Source: Basidiobolus meristosporus CBS 931.73
Lineage: Eukaryota; Fungi; Basidiobolomycota
Direction: 5' to 3'
NCBI GenBank assembly: GCA_002104905.1
Contig: MCFE01000157.1
Coordinates: forward strand, 62,001 to 126,000
DNA length: 64,000 nt
Every line of letters starts with the position of its first letter. Within the stretch, counting starts at the first letter, position 1. The position numbers were made by a program, and so were the translations under genes. A model generated the notes under the pieces. That model did not search any database. It was not told where the DNA came from and was given only the letters and a program-made list of their open reading frames with translations. This document shows, piece by piece, positions 12,435 to 25,198 of this stretch.

Positions 12435-14170
12435 TGCTGGGACTTACTTGGAATATTCTCACCAAAATATCAGGCACCTACAACTTGAAAATAAGACAGG
12501 TTGTCTAAACTGCCCCAGACAATACACACATGTAGTTGCAACCTTCATAAGCCTGTTCTATATGCTTATTGTGCTTAAACTATGGCAATGTATAAATACT
12601 ACTTTTACATTCAATGAGTAACTGAATGAGAACTACATATTCTACTAGCTTTCCCAATCAGCACTTATATCTCCAGGACTCTTACAACAGGTTATGAGCC
12701 CCATGCTGTCACTCTCTACAATGTCTACTACCACTATAACAGGAGTTTTCCCATCTGCTAAAAAGATGTATGTATCTAGCTAGCCAGTGTTGGCAGTGAA
12801 GATGTAGATGTTGCTGCAAGAAAGGGGCCTTTGGGACATTATCATGGGAGTGGGAGCCTTAAGGTACCAGACTAAAGTTAAATGTGCTGTTGACTGCATA
12901 CACCTTGATGATAAAAAAACTGCTAGTTCAGTGCTCAAGGGCAAAAATGACAAAGACTGCCCAACAGGCTTTAGAAGACCCATACCTGTCATGTTTAGCT
13001 GCTAAGAAAATACATCCTAGACACAGACTCTTTACTACTAAGATGCAGTCAGGCAAAGAATTAAAATATCTAATTATCACAGCTACTTTGCTGGTGATTG
13101 AGATGGAACTGATAGGCATACCAATTACTGATACAGATGTCATATTTACCATCCCAAATAGCCTTGAAGACAAGCCTCAGGGTCCTGTAGCAGCCCCAGA
13201 GTCTAGAACTGAAAGTTTGCCAATACAAAGAAGGAAGAAAATGCTTTAATCAATGACAGTCAACGGAGGAGATACCCAAGATCTTTCAAGGGCAATAGCA
13301 ACCTATTCTGTAAGTACTACAAAAGGAAAGGACACACATCAGACCAGTGCTCCAAAAAGATAGATATTCAGCAGAAAAGCCTGTTTATGGAAGCGCTGCA
13401 ACAACTGAAGATATAGTGATCTTATCAGCAATAAATATGACTACAAACAAGAATTTTCAGTAATGATATATTGAATTTGCAGCATCTCAACACTCTACAC
13501 ACCAAAAAGAACTTTTAAACCAATTTCAAGAAATTTCAATTAAGTAGGTTTTTATGGGTGACAATAGAACACTTGATACAGTGGGTGAAGGAAATATCCA
13601 AGCAAACCTTAGAAGTGGTAAAGGAAGTCATACAATGATCTTTAAAGAAGCATTCTATGTACCAGAAATAACCAAGAACCTACTATCTGTAATCAAAGCC
13701 ACAGCAGAAGGACCCAGTTTCAGCTTTATCAGTTCTGGATGTAGAATCACTGATCAAGATGGTGCTCATATTCCTTTGGGTATCAGAGATTAGATTCTGT
13801 ATAAGTTGGCTTATATTCCCTCATATTTGGAAGCCAATATAAGTAGCTTAAGTGAGAAAACACCAATGCTCTGGCACAGGAGATTTATACAAATCAATTG
13901 GGATTATTTGCGCAAAAAGATTAAATATTAACCAATCCTGGAGTACAAATTGCTCCCCAAGCTAACTTGGAGCACTGCAAAGCATGCATATATGAGAAGC
14001 AAGCCTGACAGCTGTTTAAGAGCTTTAGATTGCTCAAAAGCAAGAAGAAATTAGATCTAACTTGCTCATGACTGTGTGGACCTATTCAAACTTTATCCTT
14101 TGGTAGGATGCAGCATTTAGTCACTGTTTTGGATGATTATACAAGGTGCACATGGGTCTTATTTATTTGG
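12435..14170 (+). mobile_element. Ty1/Copia retrotransposon relic (5' LTR, PBS, gag, protease, pre-integrase, start of integrase)
   Basis: LTR ~12435..12689 and PBS GGTTATGAGCCC at 12690..12701. Peptides LLQERGLWDII (gag), GEGNI and FYVPEITKNLLSV (pol), LWHRR (GAG-pre-integrase), LDDYTRCTWV (integrase). Confidence 0.85.
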
Positions 14171-14799
14171 GATACTTAAATGAGAGTAAGAGAAACAGAC
14201 CCCTATAACAAAGCAAAGATACTGACAAAGTTTGTGTAAGTACTCCTCAATAAAAAATCATAATATTCCCATACAATGAGACCAGATATTGACAATAATC
14301 AAATAAAAAGTGCTTCAATAGTTAGGACAGCATCAGAGCAAAATAAGAAAATGTTTCTCTCTTCACAGAGCTCTAGTGCCATAAATCAAACTAAATTGGT
14401 GTCTATGAGTGTCCCAGACGTAATGATTGCAACATCACAAGTCAGACAGTCTAAAAGATGTATACCCAACATAAATTGCCTCATTCAGCATGGTGAGAGC
14501 TTACTGACCCATCACAAGCTATGAATTTACTGGTTTTGTGCATGGTTTTGTTGCAGGGAGAGATAGGCTGACAATTCTTCAGTGAGCCTCCTCCTTCAGA
14601 GCTATTCCTGTACATGTTGCAATTTTAGAATTGGTTTGGATATAAGGAACTATCAAGAAATAATGATAACAGTTGCATTGTGTTTGACTCCTTAAGAAGC
14701 TCAGTATTAATAGCATTGTAAAACTAATACAAACGTAGCAGTAAGTAAGAAGAGTTTTTCAACAGTTAGCAGCATAGTGTCACAGTCTCAGGGTTAATA

Positions 14800-16558
14800 C
14801 ATAATGTCTGGTAAATGTGCTAATTTGATCCTGACTATATGGGAATAATTGTGAGATCATAGATCTAAGTTGTTCTAGGGAAAACCTGTTGCTTGTTGCA
14901 CTATACCAAAACTTGCATTACCTAATTGATTACTCCCACATTGGGGCTGCTTAGCTTCTTAATGCCAGAGACATAGGTGCCTCAATGTGCACATCTGTCC
15001 TCTGTATTATCCAACTCTTCCTAGCTGTCCTCCATGTAGCAGCTCATCAGATCCTTTACAGACTTGAAGGTAATATTCTTGATGAGATTAGAATATGGTA
15101 GTACCTGCACCTTGAATTGTCTTCCTATTTCCCAGACATCTACTCCATAGGAAACTCCCAAAAAGTGGAGCCAGGCCCAATATTTGCCGCACACTTAGCA
15201 AGATAGAGTAGAGAATGACTACAGTAGTAGCAGAGATCTATGCATTCAGCCCTATACTTGTGGTATAGCCACTGAGATTCCTTCACTAACTCTGCGCACT
15301 AAAGCTGTAGATACATCAAGTTGGCATTGTTGAGCTGCTTCTGGATGAATATTTCTACAGTGTCTACAAATGACTCCCAATGCTTTCAATATACTCTTGA
15401 TAGAAATGGCTTCAGAAGGTCACTGGAGTAAATGAATATCTAGCTCATCCAGTCCTTGGACTGATATTGTTGCATATGTATATGAATGTTGATTGGAGCA
15501 AGTGAGAAGTATTTGGGTTAACAGACACTCTATAATATCTTACCAACTCTCTTAAATTTCTCTTGTATCTCAAAGGGCCCATTGAGCTTGAAATGCTCCA
15601 TGTACAACTTGATCATCAGCTCAGGGATATTATTCAATAAGTAAATGCATTGGTCCAAGTGGAAACTTGACAACAATACTGTCCATTGGACCCAAAAGCT
15701 GACTGTTTTATTAATGGCTGGGTATCTCCAATGTTGATGATAATATACACACGAACATGATGGCCATTTATAGGTGTCCCACTGGAAAGCATACAAAATT
15801 TATCCAGCAATGGATAAGGTTAGCTTTGCAGGTGGTTTGGTGATCTAGGCCTTTCCTACAGTGGAATATTGGAGCTTTAATTGGCATGTCAAGTGATTGC
15901 AGTACTTCTACTATTGCAAGGCTCACAAAAACACACTTGAATATTGCAGGGATTTATTGCAAAGACAGGCACAGGAGGTGCTAGACATTGCAATACTGGT
16001 GGAAGACCAGGACTTATGGGAACCAGTAAATGAACAGCGGCATGAAGCACAAGGGGTCCTACCAAAGTCAGGGAAAAGGGCATTACTGCCAAAATACTTA
16101 CTCAACAGCGGATTTTAATGGAGTAACTTTCATAGAGTGGGGTTAAGCTAAATGATACAGTTGGGTATATGGACTTGTATATGCTAGTAAACCTGGCTAT
16201 TGAGGTTCAATTGAAGTTTCAATGAAAATAAATTGATTGGTATGCATGAAAAGTAAGAAAATTGGTTGCACCAGGAAGTAAGGAGTACGAAAAAGTGGAA
16301 GTAACTAATCTATATTCAAAGATGTAAAAGGCAGTCAGATGTCTGGTACCAGAAGGTGAGAAAATTGACAGACACCAATCAAAAGGCACATTCATATTGT
16401 TGAAATGGACAATCTTGACTATGTTTTGTGTGAAATTTGGGGTGCAATTATTTTTCAACAATCTTTGCATGGTTTCCTGATAGGATCAGTACCTCCTAGT
16501 CAAAGGACTTCAGCTTTAGATGGCTCTTCAACAGTTCATCACTACTATTTGTGTAGGG
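14800..16558. mobile_element. CMC/EnSpm copy B, internally deleted (transposase 3' part on -, second-gene 3' part on +, terminus)
   Basis: Homologous to 1260..2050 and to 28980..29696; ends ...TATTTGTGTAGGG at 16558. Confidence 0.75.
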
Positions 16559-16959
16559 CTCACCTAGCTGCACTTCCAGATTTTGCAAAAACAGTTGTTG
16601 TCTGGTTGGTAGTTCTTCTTGGCTAAAATGGGATTCAGTCTGTTCTAGGTTAACAGTATTACTTAGTAAGGTCTGCAACTATGTCTTACACTTCCCTGTG
16701 TCTGGTTTTGGTAGACTATATTCCTTTTACCTGATCTTTATTGCTGCTAGGTTTTTCACTGCTGCTTTGATTCAGTGGTTTGTGTATTGTACGTACCCTC
16801 TCCTAGATAATTGCTGCAACAGTACATTTGTTTCTGCCTATATATCCCTTAGCAGCACTCTACAGCTACCTGATCTTTCTATGCCATTTGTGTCAAGTTT
16901 TCAGTGAAGCTACCAACAGGTTCTTGAGGAAACTGCTTTCTTATCACTGCCATACCCTT

Positions 16960-19850
16960 TACTACTACTTTCACCAAGTGCCCCTGTATTGAGCTAGGTT
17001 TTCTCTTGGCAAGTATTGCACTGTTGCATCAATATCTGCCTGCTTGTGCCATACAGCCGCTTTTCTGACTAGCTGACATATCCTTGCCACTTGCTTAAAG
17101 CTTTTGGCTCTGCTTGCAACAGGGTCTGGAGGAAGCTGCTGGCTCTTAGGGTGTGCCAGCCCTGAGGTGATGGCCTGCTGAATGTTGACCGCATCTTGAA
17201 TATTAGCCAACTCACCATCATTGAACCCAGTTGCTTTGCAGATCTTTAGTGCCTCTTCTTATTCAGACTTTAGGATATGTATCACTTTTCTGCTCCCTAT
17301 GCTGTCATAGAATTTTCATTAGGCAATGTTGTTTGGCTCAAAGACTCTACAGTGTTGCTGTAGAGATACATGGGAATATGGCTCATTCTTGATGTATAAC
17401 ATTAAGCTACTTCAGTTCCCTCTTTGCAGCCTACATACATGGTTCATTAACTGAGATAATAATTGCTCTATATGCAGTACCCATTGTGGTGGTGTAAGGC
17501 TAAGGGAGTGATATGTCCACCACTTCTCAAGTATTTTGTGTATGGTGGGTCTACTAGGTGTAATAGCCCCTAGAAAAGGTTTGCTAGAAATACTGGGGCT
17601 TTGCCTCAGCTTTAAAATCAACGGAAATAAAGCCACAAACATGTCAACAAAAGATAACTGAGCTACAATCCCCAACATATTTGCATCTTAACAAAAGTAT
17701 GTGCTGTGTGTAGCATTCTTTGTTATGACCATGCACCAAAGCTTTTGAAGTCAAAACAACTGTGAAATTCACCTACATGCACTTGATAAGTATGCAGCAA
17801 TGGTCAATAGTTGCAAACACAGATAAGTATCTTTGCCAAAGCCAGATCAAACTTGACAAAGAATCATTTATCACAGAAGATACCTACTCTGAGTATTCCC
17901 AAAAGTAGTGCCTCTTAGGTCAGTTAGCTGTTAGCATGGTTTTCTGGGAGTGTTCTGTTATTAGGTATTGGAAGTTCAGGTGGCAGCAGGTGGCAGTGAT
18001 CACGCTGATCAAGAGGTAGGTATATTAGTCAAAGGGATGATGATTCACTGTTGAGTGATTGCCTCCCACGTATACTTTTCTTACTTTGGAATGAGCTAAG
18101 TACATTCTAAGCAGATGTGGGGAGGTTCAAAGATGTGCAACACATCCAACCCATCAACTGTGTAGCAAAGGAATACCATATATGGGATAAAATGGTATGG
18201 AAGGTGGTGCAGTTTGGTCATATGTCATGCATACTGGTTTGTGTAATTGCCTTATATAGAAGCTCTTACATCTTGTAACTTACATGAAGTGAGTGAATAC
18301 TGATGCAATATATAAGCAGGTGTAATAGTTGGCTAGCTTTTGAGATAGTACTGATCAGATAAGACAAATGCAATAAAACTAAAACAAGAGTGGTAGGGAA
18401 TATGGGAATGAGCACATATCCAGCAGGAGTTACTACAGCACACTACACTGCTCATTGTACCTGTGAACTATCTCCTGATCTGTCTGGGCTATTACTTCTA
18501 TTAAATCAACCACTGCACCTGATGACCACATTGATGCCCCAGTATGAGCTGACAGCAAGCTGGCTAATATTGGTGGAGGTGATGTCAAGACAGTTACTTG
18601 CTGATCTCTGGCCAGATATACTGCATTTGCTACACTCTCATCTACTTGAACAAAATGGTCAGCTTGTAGCCCTGCAGTGATATTCAATTACCTTCTTGAC
18701 AAGGATCTTGAGGAGTATGCATTAGGACTGTAGAGTGCAGGCTGTCAACAGAGCCTTTTGTGGATTAGCCCTGCTTGTTGCACTGAATGTTGAAGTAACC
18801 TGTTGTCTCATTATTTCTCTTCTGTTCCTTGCATGGGAATTGTTTGGGTACCAGAAAACATTGCTTTTTTTTGCAGCATATCTGTGGAGATGAATCAAAC
18901 TAAAGGGGATATGAAATTACATATATGTGTGTATGTGTTACCTAGGCTTTATTCATAATGCTTACTATTGTTTGTCATCATTGTGTCTTCTATTCATGTG
19001 GAAATGATGTCTTCAACATAAGGCTGACTTACACTCTCAAGAATATTGACAAGAAAGCCATCTAATAGCATTAAGCAGAGGAGTGCCAAGGTGTTAGATC
19101 CATGGACAAGACTGCTTTGATTCAATAACATAGAAGAAGGGAAAAAAGACAACATGGCTCTGATTGAAAACCTTTGAGTCATGAATCACACACACAGCAT
19201 AAGAAACACTACAAGGATCACAGGCAGTATCTCCTGCTACATCATATTTGAGCAATTATTGGTCACTACTATACCAACAATATCTAATCAGTCACTTGAT
19301 ATTACTTTGACAACACCTTGCTGCACTTTTGACTTTGCACAGATGGAGTTCAATAGATTTATGGCACCTGTTGACTCACTTCAGGCTTTTGAATATGGCT
19401 TGCAGAGTAGTAGCTCCAAAGAGAAGGCTCAATGATGCATTGTGAGCCAATTCCCCCCACTGCAATACACTGCATGAGATCAGAAAAATCCTAGTATGCA
19501 ATGAAACATCACCCATGGAAAAAGCATTAGACTTACTCTGTGTAGCTAAGTAAGCACAGCAAGCCATTTCCTAGTAAAAGATGAAATGTTGTGGCTGGGA
19601 AAATAGTATGTTTCCACAAATATTATCAATGGGGACCTTGAGGATTTACTGCTACTTTGTTTTAAAGTCATGGCAGGATGCAGCTTACTGTGTACTTGGT
19701 ACTTATGAGTAACTGTCATGCAGCTGGCAACATATGACCTAGAGATCATCTTGGTATCAACATGTGTTAACAATTGCATGGTACTCACATTAGAGGATGC
19801 CACCATTGCACCATGTCCAACTTGTTGAGAATCCAGTATCATTTGAGAAA
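16960..19850. mobile_element. Scrambled CMC/EnSpm fragments (second gene on -, transposase N-terminus on +, short inverted piece) mixed with unassigned DNA
   Basis: 16971..17210 and 18433..18687 match second-gene peptides (SRAKS.KQ, PPILAS.LSAHT). 19000..19850 matches 37300..38000. Confidence 0.6.
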
Positions 19851-21776
19851 AAGATTATTTATATGCTGTATGTATTCCAGTGTTGTAAGACTCTTGAGGT
19901 TGTTGGAAGTGTTGGTGCAAACACGAATATTATGTGGTTTTTGCTCAATGCTCCATTGGATGTAAAGTAGCATATATACTCTTACATGGTCATGGTGTCA
20001 GAAGCATGTAGAATATATTTGGGAATGCCTAACAATATTATTTGTAAAGTTTATGGCAGTTTGGAAGCTCTGAGAATTCTTGTTTTCTGGGTATCTGATT
20101 TTCCAGTGAAAATAATATGTGTTAATCGCAACAAGAATTTTGATCAGCACTGTTCAAGATTTGTAGATGGTAATTTAAGAGACTAAGTTGGGAATGCTCA
20201 GATGGAATTACAGATCTTGTCAACATTCCCACTTAACTGATTGATCATACAGACTAGTCCTAATTGTGACCTAAGATATGGAAATATGTCTCTAGCTAAA
20301 GGTTTGATAAATTTGTCTGCAATAATTTAATCTGCAAAGCAGTAAACCAGGTTAGTTATGACACATTCTATAGCCTCATATCCAATACAAAGCCTGATAT
20401 TTATGCGCTTGGTTTTTGCATGAAGAGTTGGAATTCTAACCAATTGATACATCCTTGATTATCTTGAAATAAAATAATAGGTGCTTTTTGACATAAGCTC
20501 AAGTATTTGAGAGCTCTCTTAACCACATTTGCCACTTTTCAGCTTTACAGGCTGCTAAGCTCTCTGTGTAGCTCAGACATTTGAGCTCCTTAGATAAGCA
20601 GGACTTGATCCCTTTAAATGTTTCTTAGTTATTAATGGTGATAATAACATCATCAACAAATAGAGCCAATAAAGCTAGACTTGATCTCTCTGTCATAGAG
20701 TTGATATAGTTGTTAGTAGTACTTTTTGCAGACTCAATGATTTCAGTTCAGATCTTTTATTGGAATTTCAGTCTGTTGGTAATTTTTTAAGATCAGATGG
20801 AGACTTTTTAGGCTTGCAGACTCATAAGGGGCTATCCTGGGCAGCAGGCCAACCAGACTGACTCATAAATGCATCCTCAAAAAGCTCTTCAATTAAAAAT
20901 GCAGATTTTACATTGATCTGATGAATCAGAAACCTATATTTGGCTACATTTGCCAGTATTAGTCTGATGCAGTTAAACTTAGCAACTTGCAGAAAGGTCT
21001 CATGATAGTCTAGTCCTTTTTTGTGATAGTATACTTTGGCTACAGTTGTTGTGTGCATCTCTCAGTTGTATCACTAGCCTTATGTTTTGTTGTTGAGATC
21101 CATCTGCATCCAATTGATTTTTGATCAATGGGTATTTTGACTAAGCCCCAAGTTGGACTTTCCATCAGAGCTTGCTACTCCTCAGTCTTGCACAGCTGAA
21201 AAGCTTTGTCTTAGGTGTTTGGGACTTACTTTACAATCTGGGGTGCATTGATATGGACAGAATAGGCATAGGCTAAGCTTGTACCCTAGTTATTATACTC
21301 ATATCAGCTATTTCTAGTCTGATTGGATCTCATCCATTGTAGTACAGTAATAATCCCTTCTGCAATATTGCTAGGCACTGATTCATGCTTGACTTTTGTT
21401 GAAGAGTCTTCTGGAGCAAAATGCTTTTATCAATATGCTTGGATTCATTTGGATCATGGGGGACTTGAGATCAGATTTTTCCTCATTATCTGAGGTAATA
21501 TTTAAGAAAATTGCAAGTCTTTGTCCAATGGCACATTCCTGGCCTTGATCAACTTCCTTTCTTTGGTACTGTAGAGTCTGTATTCCTTACTTGCTTTGCA
21601 ATTTGCCAGATTTAGCATTCTACACTTTTTGCTCCAATTTCTGGGTGGTTGCTGCGCAAAAGCTGCACAACCAGATACTCTAGGGTGCTCTCAGAGCTCT
21701 AGGACAGTTGTCTGGCTTATTTTTCATATATACAGGCTTCACAATGCTCCAAATTCTCTGAGGGATAAGGTCCTAC

Positions 21777-22095
21777 TATAAATATATATAAATATAATGC
21801 TAGATATTACCAGTGGACCAAGAAAATACCAAGAATATCTGTGATATGTAACAAATCTCTGGAGCTAGATTCAGTATACTGTAATTATTGAGGACCCAAT
21901 GCAACCCTTCTGCCCTTCTGTGCTTCTATATATAGCAAGCAGCATAGATGTGAAAAAAAGTAAAAAATAGATTTTCTCCAGCACAGTATGTGAGACATCA
22001 GGGCCACTTTGCATGAAGGTGTAGAGCTACATTTCAAACTATGTGGCCAATATAGGTCTACTTGGCCATGCTGGCATGCTATGGCACTATCCAAC
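21777..22095. mobile_element. Foldback copy F5 (spacer plus right arm, diverged)
   Basis: TACCAGTGGACCAAG...ATGGCACTATCCAACAG homologous to the right arm of 2168..2899. Confidence 0.7.
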
Positions 22096-22711
22096 AGACT
22101 AGTATAATATGTGACCTATCCTGTCACTGTAGCAACAAAATGGGCCAGTGATGCTATTAAGGAGTTGTGACTGCCTCCTTTATGGGTTGTCAATATATAT
22201 TAAAGCTTTTTCTTTCTGTTTTTAAGTGCTGCATTTTCTGAATTCTTCTTCCAGGAGTCTCTACATAATAAATAGTCAAATCTTTAGTTCTGCACCTTAG
22301 GGCTGATACATAACCCTGAAACCTGTCTAGCAGTCTATTCATAAGAGTAACTATTGCATCTTTATAAATAGTTTGTATGCGCACTGATTCCATCTTATCA
22401 ACCTACATGGTAAATCTGTTGATTAGATGCTTTTTTTCTTGTGCTGGTAGCATTATAGTAGTAAAAAGCTTTGTTCAAGATACATTTTTGTAGTAACTGA
22501 ATATGACTGATATGTGTTCTCTAATGACTTCCAGGCATTCTTTGCCATTTCTCCACTTGAGCATTAAATTAGAAATCTGTCTTTAACTCTAAGGCATCTG
22601 AGGTCAGAGGCATTTTATGTTGTAAAAATATGAAATTCCACCTAAATATTAACATGATTCAGTCACTCGGATCATTACCTTCAGCTCTTAGATAATGCTG
22701 ATCAAAATCCT

Positions 22712-22917
22712 TGTTGGGATTTACCTACAATACTTTCACCAAACTATCAGGTACCCAGAACATAAAGATTAGAGAGGTTAACCTATTCTACATATTTGTT
22801 ATGCCATTCCATGTAAAGTAGAAATACTACTTTTACATTCAATAAATCATTAAGTGTACACCATGTAATCTACTTGTTCTCCCAGTCACTTCCAATCTCT
22901 TAAAGACTCTTACCGCA
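22712..22917 (+). repeat. Shortened solo LTR of the Copia family
   Basis: TGTTGGGATTTAC...GACTCTTAC; shares AAATACTACTTTTACATTCAAT with the LTR at 12435..12689. No TSD found. Confidence 0.6.
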
Positions 22918-23559
22918 TTTTATTCTTCTTCTGGTGCTTCACAGCTTCTCTCCTAGGTTTTGGGGGAGGGCATTCTTGTACCCTATTATGATCCCAATGG
23001 CCTTCTTTATGTAACAGCATTCTCTTCTTCACCCTCCAGTTTTGGTTGTTAGATCCATTCAACTTTTTTGTAGAGAAAGAGACAGTAGTAATAGCTGTAG
23101 TACACATTGCAACAAATAATAGCATGGGGCTCATAACTTGCTGTAGGATTCTTGGAGATATTCCTTCTAATTGGCAGATTAAGTAGATTATTTGGTTCAC
23201 TCCTGATGATTCAATAGATGTAAAAGTAACACAGTAGTTTTACATGCCCTTGGCATGAGAAACATACAGGATATGCTTAGAAAGGTCCCAAGAGCACCTG
23301 TACAAACTTTGTGACTGTCTGGACAACTCTGAGAATTTCCATGTGCCTGGCATCTGATGTTCCTGGTGAGAAAGTTATAAGTAAATCCCAATAAGGAATT
23401 TTGTCAGTTTTCTCTGAGATTTACAGGTAGTGATCTGACCAAGTTTGGTAAGCACTTCAGTGTATTTACAAATTTTTATAACATACAGTCCAGCATATAT
23501 TGTGAAACCATAAAGTACCACATTCAGTGTCAATAAAGTGCAAACACTAATTTTATTTG

Positions 23560-24425
23560 GAAGTCTCTACCAAGGTATGCCAGATTTCTTATAGTCACAA
23601 GCCAACTTCTGCACCATTCAATACAAAATTCTTACAAACAAGAGCCAGAGCACACCTCTAAGGGGGACTAGAGTTCAACAGGGAGAAGGAATATATTGGT
23701 TTAATACTAAGAAGTTCTTTGTGAATTTTCAGGAGGTGTTTATGGCAGAAGTACTGGCAATCAGGAATATGTTTGCAAGATGTATATGTTAGCCTAAATA
23801 TAAGGTATATGGCAACTTTGCAAGTTTCACGCTAAAAGCCTTAAAGTTGGGGTTATACAAGTGTGTCAATTACTGCAGGTGTGCACATATGTAGTGGTCA
23901 GTTTCCAGGAGGCCGTAATTTTTTTTGACTTGAGCTATATATGGAGTACCCAAGGAAGTAGTGAGTAAGCAAATAAAGAGGGGTAATTTTACAGTGGAAT
24001 ATAAATGGCTCAAGGGGAGGTAGAAAAAGAAAGTTCTATTTGGTACATTGGTACAGTATCTTTATACAGAACTATGTGTAGGTCACTGTTATTCCATAAT
24101 GATGCCAACAGAGGTTAACAATGAGGCTGTTAAAACACTGTCAAGCTTCTTACCATATAATGCAACTCAATGTATTGGCAAGCTAGCTCTGCTCAAACAA
24201 ATGACAATCAAAATGCCATAAAATTCCTGTTAAATGACTGCTGCAACACAATCAAGTTGTTACAATGTTTGGCAGTAAAATCAGAATAGTCAAATGCCAT
24301 CCGGTCATAAGATTATATTGAGAGTCTATAATAGCAAGCAACCTGCACTATCACAGAATCATTGGGATACCCTGGCAGCTGATCTGGATTGGATCCACCT
24401 GTGGGCCATATATGCTTTCATAGGG
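23560..24425 (+). mobile_element. CMC/EnSpm copy D, transposase 3' end and terminus
   Basis: Homologous to 40070..40648; ends ...CTTTCATAGGG at 24425. Confidence 0.75.
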
Positions 24426-25198
24426 GAGCTATACTCCAGTGATGTAGATCAGATTGCAGAGAAAGGCAATTTGTCAACCACAGCCTCAATGTCCCCCATT
24501 GTAGACAGAATGGAGATCTCACTGACAGACATAGCAACAATGTCAAGAGCTCAGTAGACAAAATCAATGCATAAAGTGAAACTTGGAACAGTAAGAGGCA
24601 CAGTAAGAGGCTGCAGCAATTCTTCAAAGGCCATGCTCAGGAAAACTCACTTGTTGCTGCAAAGAATTATTGCAAAGATTGCAGGTAAGGTGCTAGATCT
24701 CACTGAGCCAGCTAATATCATGAACAGATGACATCCTTGACCTTTGATGATCCACCAAAGCCAAGTTAGTGAAGAAATCATAGTTCCTTCTGAAAAGCTT
24801 TACTACATTCAAGCAACTTCTTGGAAGCCAAAAGTCAGGCTAAACAATGGAACATTCAATTCAAGCTTCCCATTGACATTTATGCAGTTCACTACCACTT
24901 ATAGTAGTATTGTGTCACTGGACCTAGTCACATAATTTGCTTACCCCTGGATAGCCCCAAATGATATTCTAGTCTGGTCCTCAGTATATTTCTATCTTTA
25001 CACACTTACTGTTCTTCTCCCCAAGACCCCATCAGTGTTAGACAATGTCTCTTTGCATCCATATTGCCCAAAAGCATAAATAGTGCTATTCCTCAGCCTG
25101 ATGAACACTGGTCTGGAATAAACAGCATTGCCCTGGAATCCACCCAGCCTTGTTGATCTACACCAAAGCACTCTGCTGGTAATGCCTTGCCTAGCTCT

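Larger units (their letters stand above)
20250..23393 (-). mobile_element. Ty1/Copia relic (5' LTR 23138..23393, gag, RT), internally deleted and interrupted
   Basis: PBS reverse complement GGGCTCATAAC at 23127..23137. Gag KKLNGSNNQNW (22910..23200) and 22190..22393. RVT_2 motifs KGLDYHETF..VAKFNCIRLILA..HQINVKSAFL (20822..21058) and LALFVDD (~20640-20670). Confidence 0.85.

Noticed and set aside
24640-25190. Possible retroelement pol fragment on the minus strand
   Set aside because: No frame gave a convincing motif by hand; left unassigned.
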